DNA of 63,761 nt, filler included. It is 14 parts of 14 records of this genome, joined end to end, with 100 filler letters (N's around TTAATTAATTAA, not from the genome) between each part and the next. Parts side by side here need not be neighbours in the genome. Positions count along the whole stretch, not along the records: positions 47,848 to 52,271 come from SRR11831580_1218; positions 52,372 to 59,425 come from SRR11831580_1222; positions 59,526 to 61,586 come from SRR11831580_1273; 11 more parts are not named here. One strand, 5' to 3'. Numbering within the stretch: position 1 is the first letter of the stretch; the number at the start of each line of letters is the position of its first letter. This document shows, in pieces, positions 48,016-60,125 of this stretch. The position numbers and the translations under genes are program-made. Under the pieces are notes generated by a model. The model was not told the origin of the DNA and did not search any database. It saw nothing but the letters and a program-made list of their open reading frames with translations.

Positions 48016-49068
48016 ATGCAAGCGTCGCAATTTTCAGCCCAGGTTCTGGACTGGTACGATAAATACGGGCGAAAAACTCTGCCCTGGCAAATTGACAAGA
48101 CGCCCTACAAAGTATGGCTCTCAGAAGTGATGTTGCAACAAACTCAGGTTGCGACCGTTATCCCCTATTTTGAACGCTTTATGGCGCGCTTCCCGACGGT
48201 GACCGATCTCGCCAATGCGCCGCTCGACGAAGTTCTCCACTTGTGGACCGGGCTTGGCTATTACGCCCGCGCGCGCAATCTGCATAAAGCGGCACAACAA
48301 GTGGCGACCTTACACGGCGGTAAATTCCCGGAAACCTTTGAGGAAGTTGCAGCACTGCCGGGCGTCGGGCGTTCCACCGCAGGCGCGATTCTCTCGCTTT
48401 CTCTGGGTAAGCACTTTCCGATTCTCGACGGTAACGTCAAACGCGTGCTGGCGCGCTGCTATGCTGTAAGCGGCTGGCCTGGGAAAAAAGAGGTCGAGAA
48501 TAAATTATGGAGTTTGAGCGAGCAGGTGACGCCCGCGGTTGGCGTGGAACGGTTTAATCAGGCGATGATGGATTTGGGTGCGATGATTTGTACGCGCTCG
48601 AAACCGAAATGTTCGCTCTGTCCGCTACAAAACGGATGTATTGCCGCCGCCAACAATAGCTGGGCGCTTTATCCGGGCAAAAAACCGAAACAGACGCTGC
48701 CGGAGCGCACCGGCTACTTTTTGCTATTACAGCACGAAGATGAAGTATTGCTGGCGCAGCGTCCGCCGAGCGGATTGTGGGGCGGTTTATACTGTTTCCC
48801 GCAGTTTGCCGACGAAGAAAGTTTGCGGCAGTGGCTGGCGCAACGGCAGATTGCTGCCGATAACCTGACGCAACTGACCGCGTTTCGGCATACCTTCAGC
48901 CATTTCCACTTAGATATTGTGCCTATGTGGCTTCCCGTGTCGTCATTCACCGGCTGCATGGATGAAGGCAATGCGCTCTGGTATAACTTAGCGCAACCGC
49001 CGTCAGTTGGCCTAGCGGCTCCCGTGGAGCGTTTGTTACAGCAGTTACGCACTGGCGCGCCGGTTTAG
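48016..49068 (+). CDS. mutY: A/G-specific adenine glycosylase (350 aa)
   Basis: SEVMLQQT, HhH-GPD LPGVG, FeS motif C-x6-C-x2-C-x5-C. Confidence 0.98.
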   Translation: MQASQFSAQVLDWYDKYGRKTLPWQIDKTPYKVWLSEVMLQQTQVATVIPYFERFMARFPTVTDLANAPLDEVLHLWTGLGYYARARNLHKAAQQVATLHGGKFPETFEEVAALPGVGRSTAGAILSLSLGKHFPILDGNVKRVLARCYAVSGWPGKKEVENKLWSLSEQVTPAVGVERFNQAMMDLGAMICTRSKPKCSLCPLQNGCIAAANNSWALYPGKKPKQTLPERTGYFLLLQHEDEVLLAQRPPSGLWGGLYCFPQFADEESLRQWLAQRQIAADNLTQLTAFRHTFSHFHLDIVPMWLPVSSFTGCMDEGNALWYNLAQPPSVGLAAPVERLLQQLRTGAPV

Positions 49069-49092
49069 CGCGTGAGTCGATAAAGAGGATGA

Positions 49093-49404
<312 letters not shown>

Positions 49405-49407
49405 TAA

Positions 49408-50514
<1,107 letters not shown>

Positions 50515-50550
50515 TTCCATTAACCGCCCCTGACGATGCTCAGGGGCAAA

Positions 50551-50620
50551 AATGTTATCCACATCACAATTTCGTTTTGCAAATTGGGAATGTTTGCAAT
50601 TATTTGCCACAGGTAACAAA
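50551..50620 (+). promoter_or_regulatory. nupG CRP/CytR-type control region
   Basis: TGTTA-N6-TCACA CRP-like site at ~50553-50568 followed by TTGCAA repeats; architecture assigned from prior knowledge of nupG. Confidence 0.6.
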
Positions 50621-50716
50621 AAACCAGTACCGCGAAGTTGATAGAATCCCATCATCTCGCACGGTCAAATGTGCTTTTTCAAACACTCATCCGCATCACG
50701 ATGTGAGGAAATTAAC

Positions 50717-51973
50717 ATGAATCTTAAGCTGCAGCTGAAAATCCTCTCTTTTCTGCAGTTCTGTCTGTGGGGAAGTTGGCTGACGACCCTCGGCTCCTAT
50801 ATGTTTGTTACCCTGAAGTTTGACGGTGCTTCTATTGGCGCAGTTTATAGCTCACTGGGTATCGCAGCGGTCTTTATGCCTGCGCTGCTGGGGATTGTGG
50901 CCGACAAATGGTTAAGTGCGAAATGGGTATATGCCATTTGCCACACCATTGGCGCTATCACGCTGTTCATGGCGGCACAGGTCACGACACCGGAAGCGAT
51001 GTTCCTTGTGATATTGATTAACTCGTTTGCTTATATGCCAACGCTTGGGTTAATCAACACCATCTCTTACTATCGCCTGCAAAATGCCGGGATGGATATC
51101 GTTACTGACTTCCCGCCAATCCGTATCTGGGGCACCATCGGCTTTATCATGGCAATGTGGGTGGTGAGCCTGTCTGGCTTCGAATTAAGCCACATGCAGC
51201 TGTATATTGGCGCAGCACTTTCCGCCATTCTGGTTCTGTTTACCCTGACTCTGCCGCATATTCCGGTTGCTAAACAGCAAGCGAATCAGAGCTGGACAAC
51301 CCTGCTGGGCCTCGATGCATTCGCGCTGTTTAAAAACAAGCGTATGGCAATCTTCTTTATCTTCTCAATGCTGCTGGGCGCGGAACTGCAGATTACCAAC
51401 ATGTTCGGTAATACCTTCCTGCACAGCTTCGACAAAGATCCGATGTTTGCCAGCAGCTTTATTGTGCAGCATGCGTCAATCATCATGTCGATTTCGCAGA
51501 TCTCTGAAACCCTGTTCATTCTGACCATCCCGTTCTTCTTAAGCCGCTACGGTATTAAGAACGTAATGATGATCAGTATTGTGGCGTGGATCCTGCGTTT
51601 TGCGCTGTTTGCTTACGGCGACCCGACTCCGTTCGGTACTGTACTGCTGGTACTGTCGATGATCGTTTACGGTTGCGCATTCGACTTCTTCAACATCTCT
51701 GGTTCGGTGTTTGTCGAAAAAGAAGTTAGCCCGGCAATTCGCGCCAGTGCACAAGGGATGTTCCTGATGATGACTAACGGCTTCGGCTGTATCCTCGGCG
51801 GCATCGTGAGCGGTAAAGTTGTTGAGATGTACACCCAAAACGGCATTACCGACTGGCAGACCGTATGGTTGATTTTCGCTGGTTACTCCGTGGTTCTGGC
51901 CTTCGCGTTCATGGCGATGTTCAAATATAAACACGTTCGTGTCCCGACAGGCACACAGACGGTTAGCCACTAA
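50717..51973 (+). CDS. nupG: Nucleoside:H+ symporter (418 aa), intact
   Basis: MFS NHS family, IRIWGTIGF; GAGGA RBS before ATG 50717. Confidence 0.96.
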   Translation: MNLKLQLKILSFLQFCLWGSWLTTLGSYMFVTLKFDGASIGAVYSSLGIAAVFMPALLGIVADKWLSAKWVYAICHTIGAITLFMAAQVTTPEAMFLVILINSFAYMPTLGLINTISYYRLQNAGMDIVTDFPPIRIWGTIGFIMAMWVVSLSGFELSHMQLYIGAALSAILVLFTLTLPHIPVAKQQANQSWTTLLGLDAFALFKNKRMAIFFIFSMLLGAELQITNMFGNTFLHSFDKDPMFASSFIVQHASIIMSISQISETLFILTIPFFLSRYGIKNVMMISIVAWILRFALFAYGDPTPFGTVLLVLSMIVYGCAFDFFNISGSVFVEKEVSPAIRASAQGMFLMMTNGFGCILGGIVSGKVVEMYTQNGITDWQTVWLIFAGYSVVLAFAFMAMFKYKHVRVPTGTQTVSH

Positions 51974-51984
51974 TTACGCAAAGA

Positions 51985-52018
51985 AAAACGGGTCGCCAGA
52001 AGGTGACCCGTTTTTTTA
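51985..52018. terminator. Bidirectional terminator between nupG and speC
   Basis: AAAAACGGGTCGCC-agaa-GGTGACCCGTTTTTTT. Confidence 0.85.
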
Positions 52019-52021
52019 TTC

Positions 52022-52271
52022 TTACTTCAACACATAACCGTACAACCGTTTCACGCCATCCGCATCGGTTTCGCTATAAACACCTTGCAGCTCCGGCGAA
52101 AATCCCGGCAACAAATTCACCCCTTCTTCCAGTGCAAGGAAATAACGTTGAACCGCCCCACCCCAGACTTCCCCGGGTACCACGCAAAGCACGCCAGGTG
52201 GATAAGGCAACGCCCCTTCTGCCGCAATTCGCCCTTCGGCATCACGAATCCGCACCAACTCCACGTCACCG
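52022..52271 (-). CDS. speC: Biosynthetic ornithine decarboxylase, 3' end only
   Basis: GALPYPPGV...LPGFSPELQG; convergent with nupG. Confidence 0.92.
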
Positions 52272-52371
52272 NNNNNNNNNNNNNNNNNNNNNNNNNNNNN
52301 NNNNNNNNNNNNNNNTTAATTAATTAANNNNNNNNNNNNNNNNNNNNNNNNNNNNNNNNNNNNNNNNNNNN

Positions 52372-52488
52372 CCGGAAAAATATCCGCAGCTGACCATCCG
52401 TGTATCTGGCTACGCAGTACGTTTCAACTCGCTGACTAAAGAACAGCAGCAGGACGTTATTACTCGTACCTTCACTCAATCTATGTAA
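52372..52488 (+). CDS. pflB: Pyruvate formate-lyase, last 38 codons
   Basis: [15 protein letters not shown] glycyl-radical loop, ends TFTQSM*; followed by pflA. Confidence 0.95.
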   Translation, partial: PEKYPQLTIRVSGYAVRFNSLTKEQQQDVITRTFTQSM

Positions 52489-52527
52489 TTAGATTTGACT
52501 GAAATCGTACAGTAAAAAGCGTACAAT

Positions 52528-52556
52528 AAAGGCTCCACGAAAGTGGGGCCTTTTTT
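52528..52556 (+). terminator. pflB terminator
   Basis: AAAGGCTCCAC-GAAA-GTGGGGCCTTTTTT. Confidence 0.85.
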
Positions 52557-52679
52557 AGCGCGAGAGCCTTTTTTGTCAGCTATCTATACTTTAAGGTGAC
52601 TGCCAAAACAGACTCGACGTAGCCTTCGAGCTGCGCACCAACACGGCCTCAGATGGGCCACATCTGGAGAAACACCGCA

Positions 52680-53420
52680 ATGTCAGTTATTGGTCGCATT
52701 CACTCCTTTGAATCCTGTGGAACCGTAGACGGCCCAGGTATTCGCTTTATCACCTTTTTCCAGGGCTGCCTGATGCGCTGCCTGTATTGTCATAACCGCG
52801 ACACCTGGGACACGCATGGCGGTAAAGAAGTTACCGTTGAAGATTTGATGAAGGAAGTGGTGACCTATCGCCACTTTATGAACGCTTCCGGCGGCGGCGT
52901 TACCGCATCCGGCGGTGAAGCAATCCTGCAAGCTGAGTTTGTTCGTGACTGGTTCCGCGCCTGCAAAAAAGAAGGCATTCATACCTGTCTGGACACCAAC
53001 GGTTTTGTTCGTCGTTACGATCCGGTGATTGATGAACTGCTGGAAGTAACCGACCTGGTAATGCTCGATCTCAAACAGATGAACGACGAGATCCACCAAA
53101 ATCTGGTTGGAGTTTCCAACCACCGCACGCTGGAGTTCGCTAAATATCTGGCGAACAAAAATGTGAAGGTGTGGATCCGCTACGTTGTTGTCCCAGGCTG
53201 GTCTGACGATGACGATTCAGCGCATCGCCTCGGTGAATTTACCCGTGATATGGGCAACGTTGAGAAAATCGAGCTTCTCCCCTACCACGAGCTGGGCAAA
53301 CACAAATGGGTGGCAATGGGTGAAGAGTACAAACTCGACGGTGTTAAACCACCGAAGAAAGAGACCATGGAACGCGTGAAAGGCATTCTTGAGCAGTACG
53401 GTCATAAGGTAATGTTCTAA
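52680..53420 (+). CDS. pflA: PFL-activating radical SAM enzyme (246 aa)
   Basis: CLMRCLYCH motif; VDGPGIR. Confidence 0.98.
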   Translation: MSVIGRIHSFESCGTVDGPGIRFITFFQGCLMRCLYCHNRDTWDTHGGKEVTVEDLMKEVVTYRHFMNASGGGVTASGGEAILQAEFVRDWFRACKKEGIHTCLDTNGFVRRYDPVIDELLEVTDLVMLDLKQMNDEIHQNLVGVSNHRTLEFAKYLANKNVKVWIRYVVVPGWSDDDDSAHRLGEFTRDMGNVEKIELLPYHELGKHKWVAMGEEYKLDGVKPPKKETMERVKGILEQYGHKVMF

Positions 53421-53429
53421 TTTCCCCGT

Positions 53430-53462
53430 AAAGCGGCAACTTTATTGAGTTGCCGCTTTTTT
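53430..53462. terminator. Terminator between pflA and ycaK
   Basis: AAAGCGGCAACT-ttattg-AGTTGCCGCTTTTTT. Confidence 0.82.
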
Positions 53463-53501
53463 ATTCCGCGCTTCATTCTGCTACAGCGTTTTTAACACAT
53501 C

Positions 53502-54092
53502 TTATAGTGCATCTACCATATCCCGTACCTGAGATAATAACGACTGATAATAGCTCGCGTGAAGTTCTTCCCCATCGAATACCACTGTATTACACAAGAA
53601 AGTGACATCGGCATCTTCAATACCAAGATAACTGCACATATTTTTTAAATAATCGCTTATATTTTTTTCCCAGCCCATCTGGACAAATGATTCTTTGTCT
53701 CCTCCAACCAGCGCCACCCAACGAACTTTATTGAATGGTAATTTGTGCCCATCTCCATAAGCCAGCCCATTATTCCATACTCTGTCAATATATCCTTTTA
53801 GCATTGCCGGGAAGCTGTACCACCAGAGAGGAAAAACCACCACTAACGTGTCATGTTCAAGCAGCTCTGAATAAAGCTGATGAACCTCTGGAGAATAACG
53901 TTTATCCATATTCTTCCAGTCTGGTTCATCTTCCGGCGTCATCACTGGGTTGAAATTACGCCGATATAAATCGAGTTCCGTCACCTGTATTTTCCGCTCC
54001 ATTGCCCGCTGATGGATCGCATCAGCAATATGTGCGGTCAATGAATCATGACGAGGATGGGCCCATACCAAATAAATACGTTCAGACTGCAT
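53502..54092 (-). CDS. ycaK: Putative NAD(P)H:quinone oxidoreductase (flavodoxin-2 fold)
   Basis: AHP and FPLWWYSFPAMLKGYIDRV motifs. Confidence 0.92.
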   Translation of the reverse strand: MQSERIYLVWAHPRHDSLTAHIADAIHQRAMERKIQVTELDLYRRNFNPVMTPEDEPDWKNMDKRYSPEVHQLYSELLEHDTLVVVFPLWWYSFPAMLKGYIDRVWNNGLAYGDGHKLPFNKVRWVALVGGDKESFVQMGWEKNISDYLKNMCSYLGIEDADVTFLCNTVVFDGEELHASYYQSLLSQVRDMVDAL

Positions 54093-54191
54093 AATTTTAC
54101 CTCCACGTTAAGTTCTGGAGCGCACTTTACGCAGGCGGCATAATCCTGTAAACGTGATGATTCAGGATGAGTTAATGAAGGATTTTCACTA

Positions 54192-55100
54192 ATGCGGATG
54201 AATATGTCTGACTTTGCCACTTTCTTTGCCGTGGCCCGTAATCAAAGCTTTCGTGCAGCGGGCGATGAGTTAGGCTTATCCTCGTCCGCCATTAGCCATA
54301 GTATTAAAACACTGGAACAACGTCTTAAAATTCGCTTATTCAATCGGACAACCCGAAGCGTATCGTTAACGGAAGCGGGTTCTAATCTCTATGAACGATT
54401 GCGCCCAGCTTTCGACGAAATTCAGATCATGTTAGATGAGATGAATGATTTTCGTCTGACACCGACAGGAACGCTCAAAATCAATGCCGCCCGGGTAGCT
54501 GCACGTATATTTTTAATGTCTTTACTGGTTGGTTTCACACGTGAATATCCTGATATTAAAGTCGAGCTCACAACTGACGACTCTCTTGTCGATATCGTCC
54601 AACAGGGCTTTGACGCTGGCGTTCGACTTAGTTGCATCGTCGAAAAAGATATGATCAGCGTGGCGATCGGCCCGCCAGTGAAATTATGTGTAGCAGCAAC
54701 GCCAGAGTACTTTGCAAGATATGGCAAACCCCGCCATCCTCATGATCTGCTTAATCATCAATGTGTTGTTTTTCGTTATCCCAGCGGCAAACCTTTCCAC
54801 TGGCAATTTGCAAAGGAGCTGGAAATTGCTGTCGCAGGAAATATCATTCTGGATGATGTTGATGCTGAACTGGAGGCCGTTTTGATGGGTGCTGGTATCG
54901 GGTATCTGCTCTATGAACAGATCAAGGAGTACCTTGATACTGGTCGTTTAGAATGTGTACTGGAAGACTGGAGCACAGAGCGTCCAGGCTTCCAGATCTA
55001 TTATCCAAACCGCCAGTATATGTCCTGCGGCTTGCGCGCATTTCTCGATTATGTAAAAACGGGTCAGATCTGCCAGAGTCAGCGTCACCGACCACAATAA
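54192..55100 (+). CDS. ycaN: LysR-family regulator
   Basis: SFRAAG...SAISH...LFNRTTRSVSLTEAG HTH. Confidence 0.93.
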   Translation: MRMNMSDFATFFAVARNQSFRAAGDELGLSSSAISHSIKTLEQRLKIRLFNRTTRSVSLTEAGSNLYERLRPAFDEIQIMLDEMNDFRLTPTGTLKINAARVAARIFLMSLLVGFTREYPDIKVELTTDDSLVDIVQQGFDAGVRLSCIVEKDMISVAIGPPVKLCVAATPEYFARYGKPRHPHDLLNHQCVVFRYPSGKPFHWQFAKELEIAVAGNIILDDVDAELEAVLMGAGIGYLLYEQIKEYLDTGRLECVLEDWSTERPGFQIYYPNRQYMSCGLRAFLDYVKTGQICQSQRHRPQ

Positions 55101-56531
55101 TTATTTACTATTCGCTTTACGCGCCAGCAGCGGGAATATCAGTCCTAATCCTACCAGCACAAACGGCGTTGCAACATTCAGCGCCAACTGGAAGGTCCAC
55201 TCTGCAGTGAAGGCTTCCATTTTCGGGAAGATCCCCGTCAAACAGGCAAAGGCGGTAAAGGCAAAACACCAAATCCCGACGGTCATTGCCAGAGGCTTAT
55301 TACGAATAAAGACATATTCTGGTTTATATTTCTGCGCCAAGCGAACGACTGCAATAAATGCAACAAATACCCATAAATAACGCAGCGGCATCACTACCGA
55401 ATTAAGGTTCAACAGCCATTTATAGAGATTGTTCATATCACCAATGCCGAGAGTCGGCAGCATAATCAGAATCGCCACCAGTACCAGGGTCAGAAAATAG
55501 CCATTAACGGGCGTACCAGAAGCGTTGGTACGACATAAACTGGCTGGAATATATTTGCTGTCAGCATCACCTAATAGCACTTTAAGCGGGGCATCAATCG
55601 AGAATACCAGCGCCGCTACTTGTCCCAGGGTATTCGCAATGGCGTAAATCACCATTAAAGTATTACCCATGTTGTAATACTCGCCCAGCTTCTGAAAGGC
55701 GTAATACTGACCGTTGGTCATTAAGTCATCCGGGATATTACGCGAATCAAACATCATCCCCATCGCCAGCGAGCCCAGAATGGCACAAACCGCAACCATC
55801 ACCGCCAGGCATAACATCCCTTTTGGAAATTCTTTTCCTGGGTTGCGCGTTTGATTAACGTAAGGAGAAATCTTCTCTGCTCCGCCAACCGCGAAAACCA
55901 GCATTGAAATAGTGGTAATGTAGGTAAAGTCGATATGAGGAATGAACGTTTCCCAGGTAATGTTTGTGGTCGCAATATGCACTTCAGTAATTGCAGGCGC
56001 GGTTACCGCCATCGCCACATACAGGAGTGACATAACAAACATAGCAATCCCTGCCACAGAACCGACGATTTTCAGCGATTTCATACCGCGTGAAGCAACC
56101 CACATAAAGAAGATAAACAGCACCAGCGTTAACCCCTGTAACGCTACGACTGAATATTCTTTGATTAGCGAACCGTCGCCTTTCATCGCCCAACCGAGCG
56201 CAATCAGAATTGCCTGGGGTTTTTGTGCCAGATAGGGAATATGCACCACCCAGTAGGTCCACGCGGCGAGATAAGCCAGTCCGGGTCCCATCGTGTGTTT
56301 AATCCAGGTACTGACCCCGCCCTTCCCATCTTTGAAGGTCGAGCCTAACTGACCAACAATTAGCGCATAAGGTGTGAAATAGAGTGCAAAGATAAACACC
56401 CATGAAAAAACAACCACCAGCCCCTGGTTGGCATAGTTATTAACAACGTTGCCAAAACCCCAGACAGTGATAAAAGACATCAGCGCAATGTTGTACCATC
56501 GCAACTGTTTTTCCTGAACATTCCCAGCCAT
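55101..56531 (-). CDS. ycaM: APC-superfamily transporter (476 aa)
   Basis: Polytopic membrane protein, WGFGN and GGAE motifs; start MAGNVQE. Confidence 0.9.
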   Translation of the reverse strand: MAGNVQEKQLRWYNIALMSFITVWGFGNVVNNYANQGLVVVFSWVFIFALYFTPYALIVGQLGSTFKDGKGGVSTWIKHTMGPGLAYLAAWTYWVVHIPYLAQKPQAILIALGWAMKGDGSLIKEYSVVALQGLTLVLFIFFMWVASRGMKSLKIVGSVAGIAMFVMSLLYVAMAVTAPAITEVHIATTNITWETFIPHIDFTYITTISMLVFAVGGAEKISPYVNQTRNPGKEFPKGMLCLAVMVAVCAILGSLAMGMMFDSRNIPDDLMTNGQYYAFQKLGEYYNMGNTLMVIYAIANTLGQVAALVFSIDAPLKVLLGDADSKYIPASLCRTNASGTPVNGYFLTLVLVAILIMLPTLGIGDMNNLYKWLLNLNSVVMPLRYLWVFVAFIAVVRLAQKYKPEYVFIRNKPLAMTVGIWCFAFTAFACLTGIFPKMEAFTAEWTFQLALNVATPFVLVGLGLIFPLLARKANSK

Positions 56532-56691
56532 AGACAAATCCTTCGCCAAAATTAAAGGGGCATCGGTAAAACGAGGGATTATGCGCGGCAAATAAGAAGT
56601 GCGGAAATAGCGAAATGCAAAATTATAACCTGCTGCACATTTATTTTTAAACGAATAAAATTTGGAATAAAGCAAGTCAGATAGAAGAAAC

Positions 56692-56731
56692 AAAAAAGCA
56701 GAGTGTGAAACAGTAAGTTCACACTCTGCTT
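56692..56731 (-). terminator. ycaD terminator
   Basis: 14-bp inverted repeat AAGCAGAGTGTGAA/TTCACACTCTGCTT with adjacent A-tract. Confidence 0.8.
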
Positions 56732-56739
56732 GAATTCAT

Positions 56740-57888
56740 TTACACGTGAGCAACGGGTTTCGGCGTATGACCGGCGTTGCGCAGCAGCATCAGCAAATAG
56801 ATAAACGATACGCTGGCGATCATGATAAACAATAAATTATCGGAGAAATTCTGCATTAGCATAGCGGTAAATGACGGGCCAAGCAGACTTCCCACAGTAT
56901 AGCTCAACAGTAAGGCCTGGTTCATCGCCACCAGTTGATGATGTTCAACTTTCTCGCAAGCCCATGCCATCGCCACCGGATATAGCGTAAAGCCAGCGGC
57001 ACCGAGGATGAATAACGCTGGGGCCATCGCCGCCTGGCTAAGCATCGCGATACTGCCGAGAATGACGACAAAGACCTGAACACGCAACACCAGCAGTCGA
57101 CCAAACTTATCCGCCAGACGTCCAATCGGCCATTGTCCAAGGATACCCGCACTGACCAGTACCGCCATCCAGAAACCAATGCTGGCATTGCTCACCCCTT
57201 TGTGATTGAGGTACAGCGGCATCAGGCCATATAGAGATCCCAGAACGATTCCTGAGATAATGCAGCCATTCACGCCAAGCCGCGCCTGACGGAGTTTTAG
57301 CATTGACGTAATTGACGTCGAATCATGGTTTTCAGCCTGCTGATTCAGCACACGCGTAAACAACAGCGGTAAGATCCCTGCCAACGTCAAACCTGTAACC
57401 CACGGCAATACGGACATCAGCTCGGTTGAAACTTTGCTGACCAGTAACTGGCCTAAAAACGTTCCCACGTAATAAACCATCATATACGCAGCAAGCAAAC
57501 GCCCACGGTTACGTGACGTCCCACTGCACATCAGCGCGCTCTCAACAACCACCCAAATCATGGCACAGCCGACGCCCGCGACAAAACGCCAAGCCAACCA
57601 GCTCCAGAATCCAATCATCAGGCCAAGGCCGGCACAGCCAGCGGCAAAAATGAAGGAGGCCAGATAATAGCTGCGGTTAAAGCCAATGCGCTTAATGACA
57701 TACCCTGTCAGCAATGTACCGACAAGGTTGCCGGTAAAATAGGATGAGCTGACAACGCCTACCTGCCATGTGGACATGTGTTCCTGGGCGAGCCAAAGCG
57801 GCACGAGTGTATTTAACACCGCAATCGCCAGAGTCAACAAAAGCAGGCCAGACAGCAAAAGCATGACAGGCTGGGTATACGTGGACAT
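56740..57888 (-). CDS. ycaD: MFS transporter
   Basis: [12 protein letters not shown] motif A; 382 aa. Confidence 0.92.
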   Translation of the reverse strand: MSTYTQPVMLLLSGLLLLTLAIAVLNTLVPLWLAQEHMSTWQVGVVSSSYFTGNLVGTLLTGYVIKRIGFNRSYYLASFIFAAGCAGLGLMIGFWSWLAWRFVAGVGCAMIWVVVESALMCSGTSRNRGRLLAAYMMVYYVGTFLGQLLVSKVSTELMSVLPWVTGLTLAGILPLLFTRVLNQQAENHDSTSITSMLKLRQARLGVNGCIISGIVLGSLYGLMPLYLNHKGVSNASIGFWMAVLVSAGILGQWPIGRLADKFGRLLVLRVQVFVVILGSIAMLSQAAMAPALFILGAAGFTLYPVAMAWACEKVEHHQLVAMNQALLLSYTVGSLLGPSFTAMLMQNFSDNLLFIMIASVSFIYLLMLLRNAGHTPKPVAHV

Positions 57889-58201
57889 GAATTAAAACCG
57901 TGAGGAAGTTCAAATTTCATGCGCATCATGCCACCGCCAAAAACATTGTCAATGGGTGAAAATACGCGATATCCCAGCGGCGGTATTATCGATTTATATT
58001 ACTCATTCATAACGCTAATGCTGAAGAGATGATTAGTCTCATCTGATTGTTTTTATTGAACTAACACAAATTTCATACGCTTCGTTCAGTCGAAAAATTT
58101 CATGGTCACAGCAAACTCATATTTCCCGTCTATGCTTTCAGAGCAATGCATCGCGTCTGATCGATTTCAGACGTACCACTGACTCTCGAAAGGAGAAGAG
58201 G

Positions 58202-58828
58202 ATGACCAAACCGTATGTTCGTCTTGATAAAAATGATGCTGCCGTTTTGCTTGTTGATCACCAGGCTGGTTTACTTTCCCTTGTACGGGATATCGAACCC
58301 GATAAGTTTAAAAATAACGTGCTGGCGCTGGGTGACCTGGCTAAGTATTTCAACTTACCAACTATTCTTACCACCAGTTTTGAAACCGGTCCTAACGGCC
58401 CATTAGTTCCAGAACTGAAAGCACAATTCCCCGATACACCTTACATTGCTCGCCCGGGAAATATTAACGCCTGGGATAACGAAGATTTTGTAAAAGCTGT
58501 CAAAGCGACAGGTAAAAAACAGTTAATTATTGCCGGTGTGGTAACCGAAGTTTGCGTGGCATTCCCGGCGCTTTCAGCCATTGAAGAAGGGTTTGACGTC
58601 TTTGTCGTGACTGACGCGTCAGGGACCTTTAATGAAATTACCCGGCATTCGGCATGGGATCGCTTGTCGCAAGCTGGTGCGCAATTGATGACATGGTTCG
58701 GCGTGGCGTGCGAGCTGCATCGCGACTGGCGTAATGATATTGAAGGACTGGCGACGTTGTTCTCTAACCACATTCCTGATTATCGTAATTTGATGACCAG
58801 TTATGACACGTTAACGAAGCAGAAATAA
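58202..58828 (+). CDS. ycaC: Isochorismatase-family cysteine hydrolase
   Basis: LLVDHQ, GVVTEVCV and VVTDAS motifs. Confidence 0.94.
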   Translation: MTKPYVRLDKNDAAVLLVDHQAGLLSLVRDIEPDKFKNNVLALGDLAKYFNLPTILTTSFETGPNGPLVPELKAQFPDTPYIARPGNINAWDNEDFVKAVKATGKKQLIIAGVVTEVCVAFPALSAIEEGFDVFVVTDASGTFNEITRHSAWDRLSQAGAQLMTWFGVACELHRDWRNDIEGLATLFSNHIPDYRNLMTSYDTLTKQK

Positions 58829-58833
58829 AAGAG

Positions 58834-58855
58834 AACCGGGGCCGAAACCCCGGTT
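58834..58855. terminator. Hairpin between convergent ycaC and dmsC
   Basis: AACCGGGG-ccgaaa-CCCCGGTT. Confidence 0.7.
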
Positions 58856-58862
58856 GTTATGA

Positions 58863-59400
58863 TTAGCTTGCGACGGCCATCCCCACGGTCATATGCAAAC
58901 CATAGAATACGCCGCGACCGATTAATTCCCCTGCCAGAAGCAGAATGAATGATACAGAAAGTAGCGGAACCGCAGGCTGATAACCTTTTAGCTGTGGTGC
59001 AATCCACAAGCACAGGGCAACGGCCAAAAGCACGATCCGCCAGGACATCAGCGCACCATAGTCCGGCACCAGCGCTGCGGCCTGCTGCACAGAACTATGA
59101 ATAGTCGCCAGCTCTGCGCCCTGCATCACTGACACCACGCCACTCACTACCAGTGCCAGTACAGAAATTGCTGGCAGCAGACGCATCGCCCAGCCATCGA
59201 CGCCAGCCAGACTCAACAACAGGTAACCCAGTAACGGGCCGCCCATAAACATCGTCAGGAAGAAGCCCATCGGCGTCCAGATGCTGTACCAGGTCGGAAC
59301 GGTATCAATGCTGTTATACACACGCACCATCATCCAGACAAAGATGACGCCAAGAACCATCGTCACTATCAGCCACAGCGTACGCAATGCCGGTGACAGC
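58863..59400 (-). CDS. dmsC: DMSO reductase anchor subunit, 5'-truncated
   Basis: Ends GELIGRGVFYGLHMTVGMAVAS; adjacent to ycaC. Confidence 0.93.
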
Positions 59401-59425
59401 CGTAATAACTTCGTATAGCATACAT
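59401..59425 (+). other. 5' part of the 454 Titanium paired-end (loxP-containing) linker
   Basis: CGTAATAACTTCGTATAGCATACAT at contig end: linker CGTA flank, loxP arm and spacer. Confidence 0.92.
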
Positions 59426-59525
59426 NNNNNNNNNNNNNNNNNNNNNNNNNNNNNNNNNNNNNNNNNNNNTTAATTAATTAANNNNNNNNNNNNNNNNNNN
59501 NNNNNNNNNNNNNNNNNNNNNNNNN

Positions 59526-59599
59526 TTATCTTACTCTACAATAAAAAGTTTATTTATTATTTATACGAGAAGGCTATGTGTATCATAAATACGCGTTAA
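59526..59599 (+). CDS. traJ: Transfer activator TraJ, 3' end only
   Basis: ILLYNKKFIYYLYEKAMCIINTR*, immediately upstream of the PY region. Confidence 0.8.
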
Positions 59600-59692
59600 T
59601 AAGGTGTTAATAAAATATAGACTTTCCGTCTATTTACCTTTTCTGATTATTCTGCAAACATAAGTGGTAACCAGAAGATAAACAGCGGGAGG
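59595..59692 (+). promoter_or_regulatory. PY promoter region with ArcA-like direct repeat and traY RBS
   Basis: GTTAATAAGGTGTTAATAA (GTTAA-N6-GTTAA) at 59595-59613; GGGAGG before TTG. Confidence 0.65.
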
Positions 59693-59697
59693 TGTTA

Positions 59698-60093
59698 TTG
59701 AAAAGATTTGGTACACGTTCTGCAACAGGTAAGATGGTAAAACTAAAATTACCTGTAGATGTGGAAAGTCTATTAATTGAGGCAAGTAACAGAAGCGGAA
59801 GAAGTCGATCGTTTGAGGCAGTAATAAGACTTAAAGATCATCTTCACCGCTATCCAAAGTTTAACAGGGCAGGGAATATCTATGGTAAGTCGCTGGTTAA
59901 GTATCTGACAATGCGTCTGGATGATGAAACTAACCAGCTACTTATTGCAGCCAAAAATCGTAGTGGATGGTGTAAAACAGATGAGGCTGCAGACAGAGTT
60001 ATTGATCATTTGATCAAGTTTCCTGATTTTTATAACTCGGAGATATTCAGGGAGGCAGATAAAGAGGAAGATATAACATTTAATACACTCTAG
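59698..60093 (+). CDS. traY: Relaxosome protein TraY (tandem ribbon-helix-helix, TTG start, 131 aa)
   Basis: Internal duplication SNRSGRSRSFEA...DHL / KNRSGWCKTDEA...DHL. Confidence 0.94.
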   Translation: MKRFGTRSATGKMVKLKLPVDVESLLIEASNRSGRSRSFEAVIRLKDHLHRYPKFNRAGNIYGKSLVKYLTMRLDDETNQLLIAAKNRSGWCKTDEAADRVIDHLIKFPDFYNSEIFREADKEEDITFNTL

Positions 60094-60125
60094 TTTTATT
60101 CATTTATCCGAAATTGAGGTAACTT

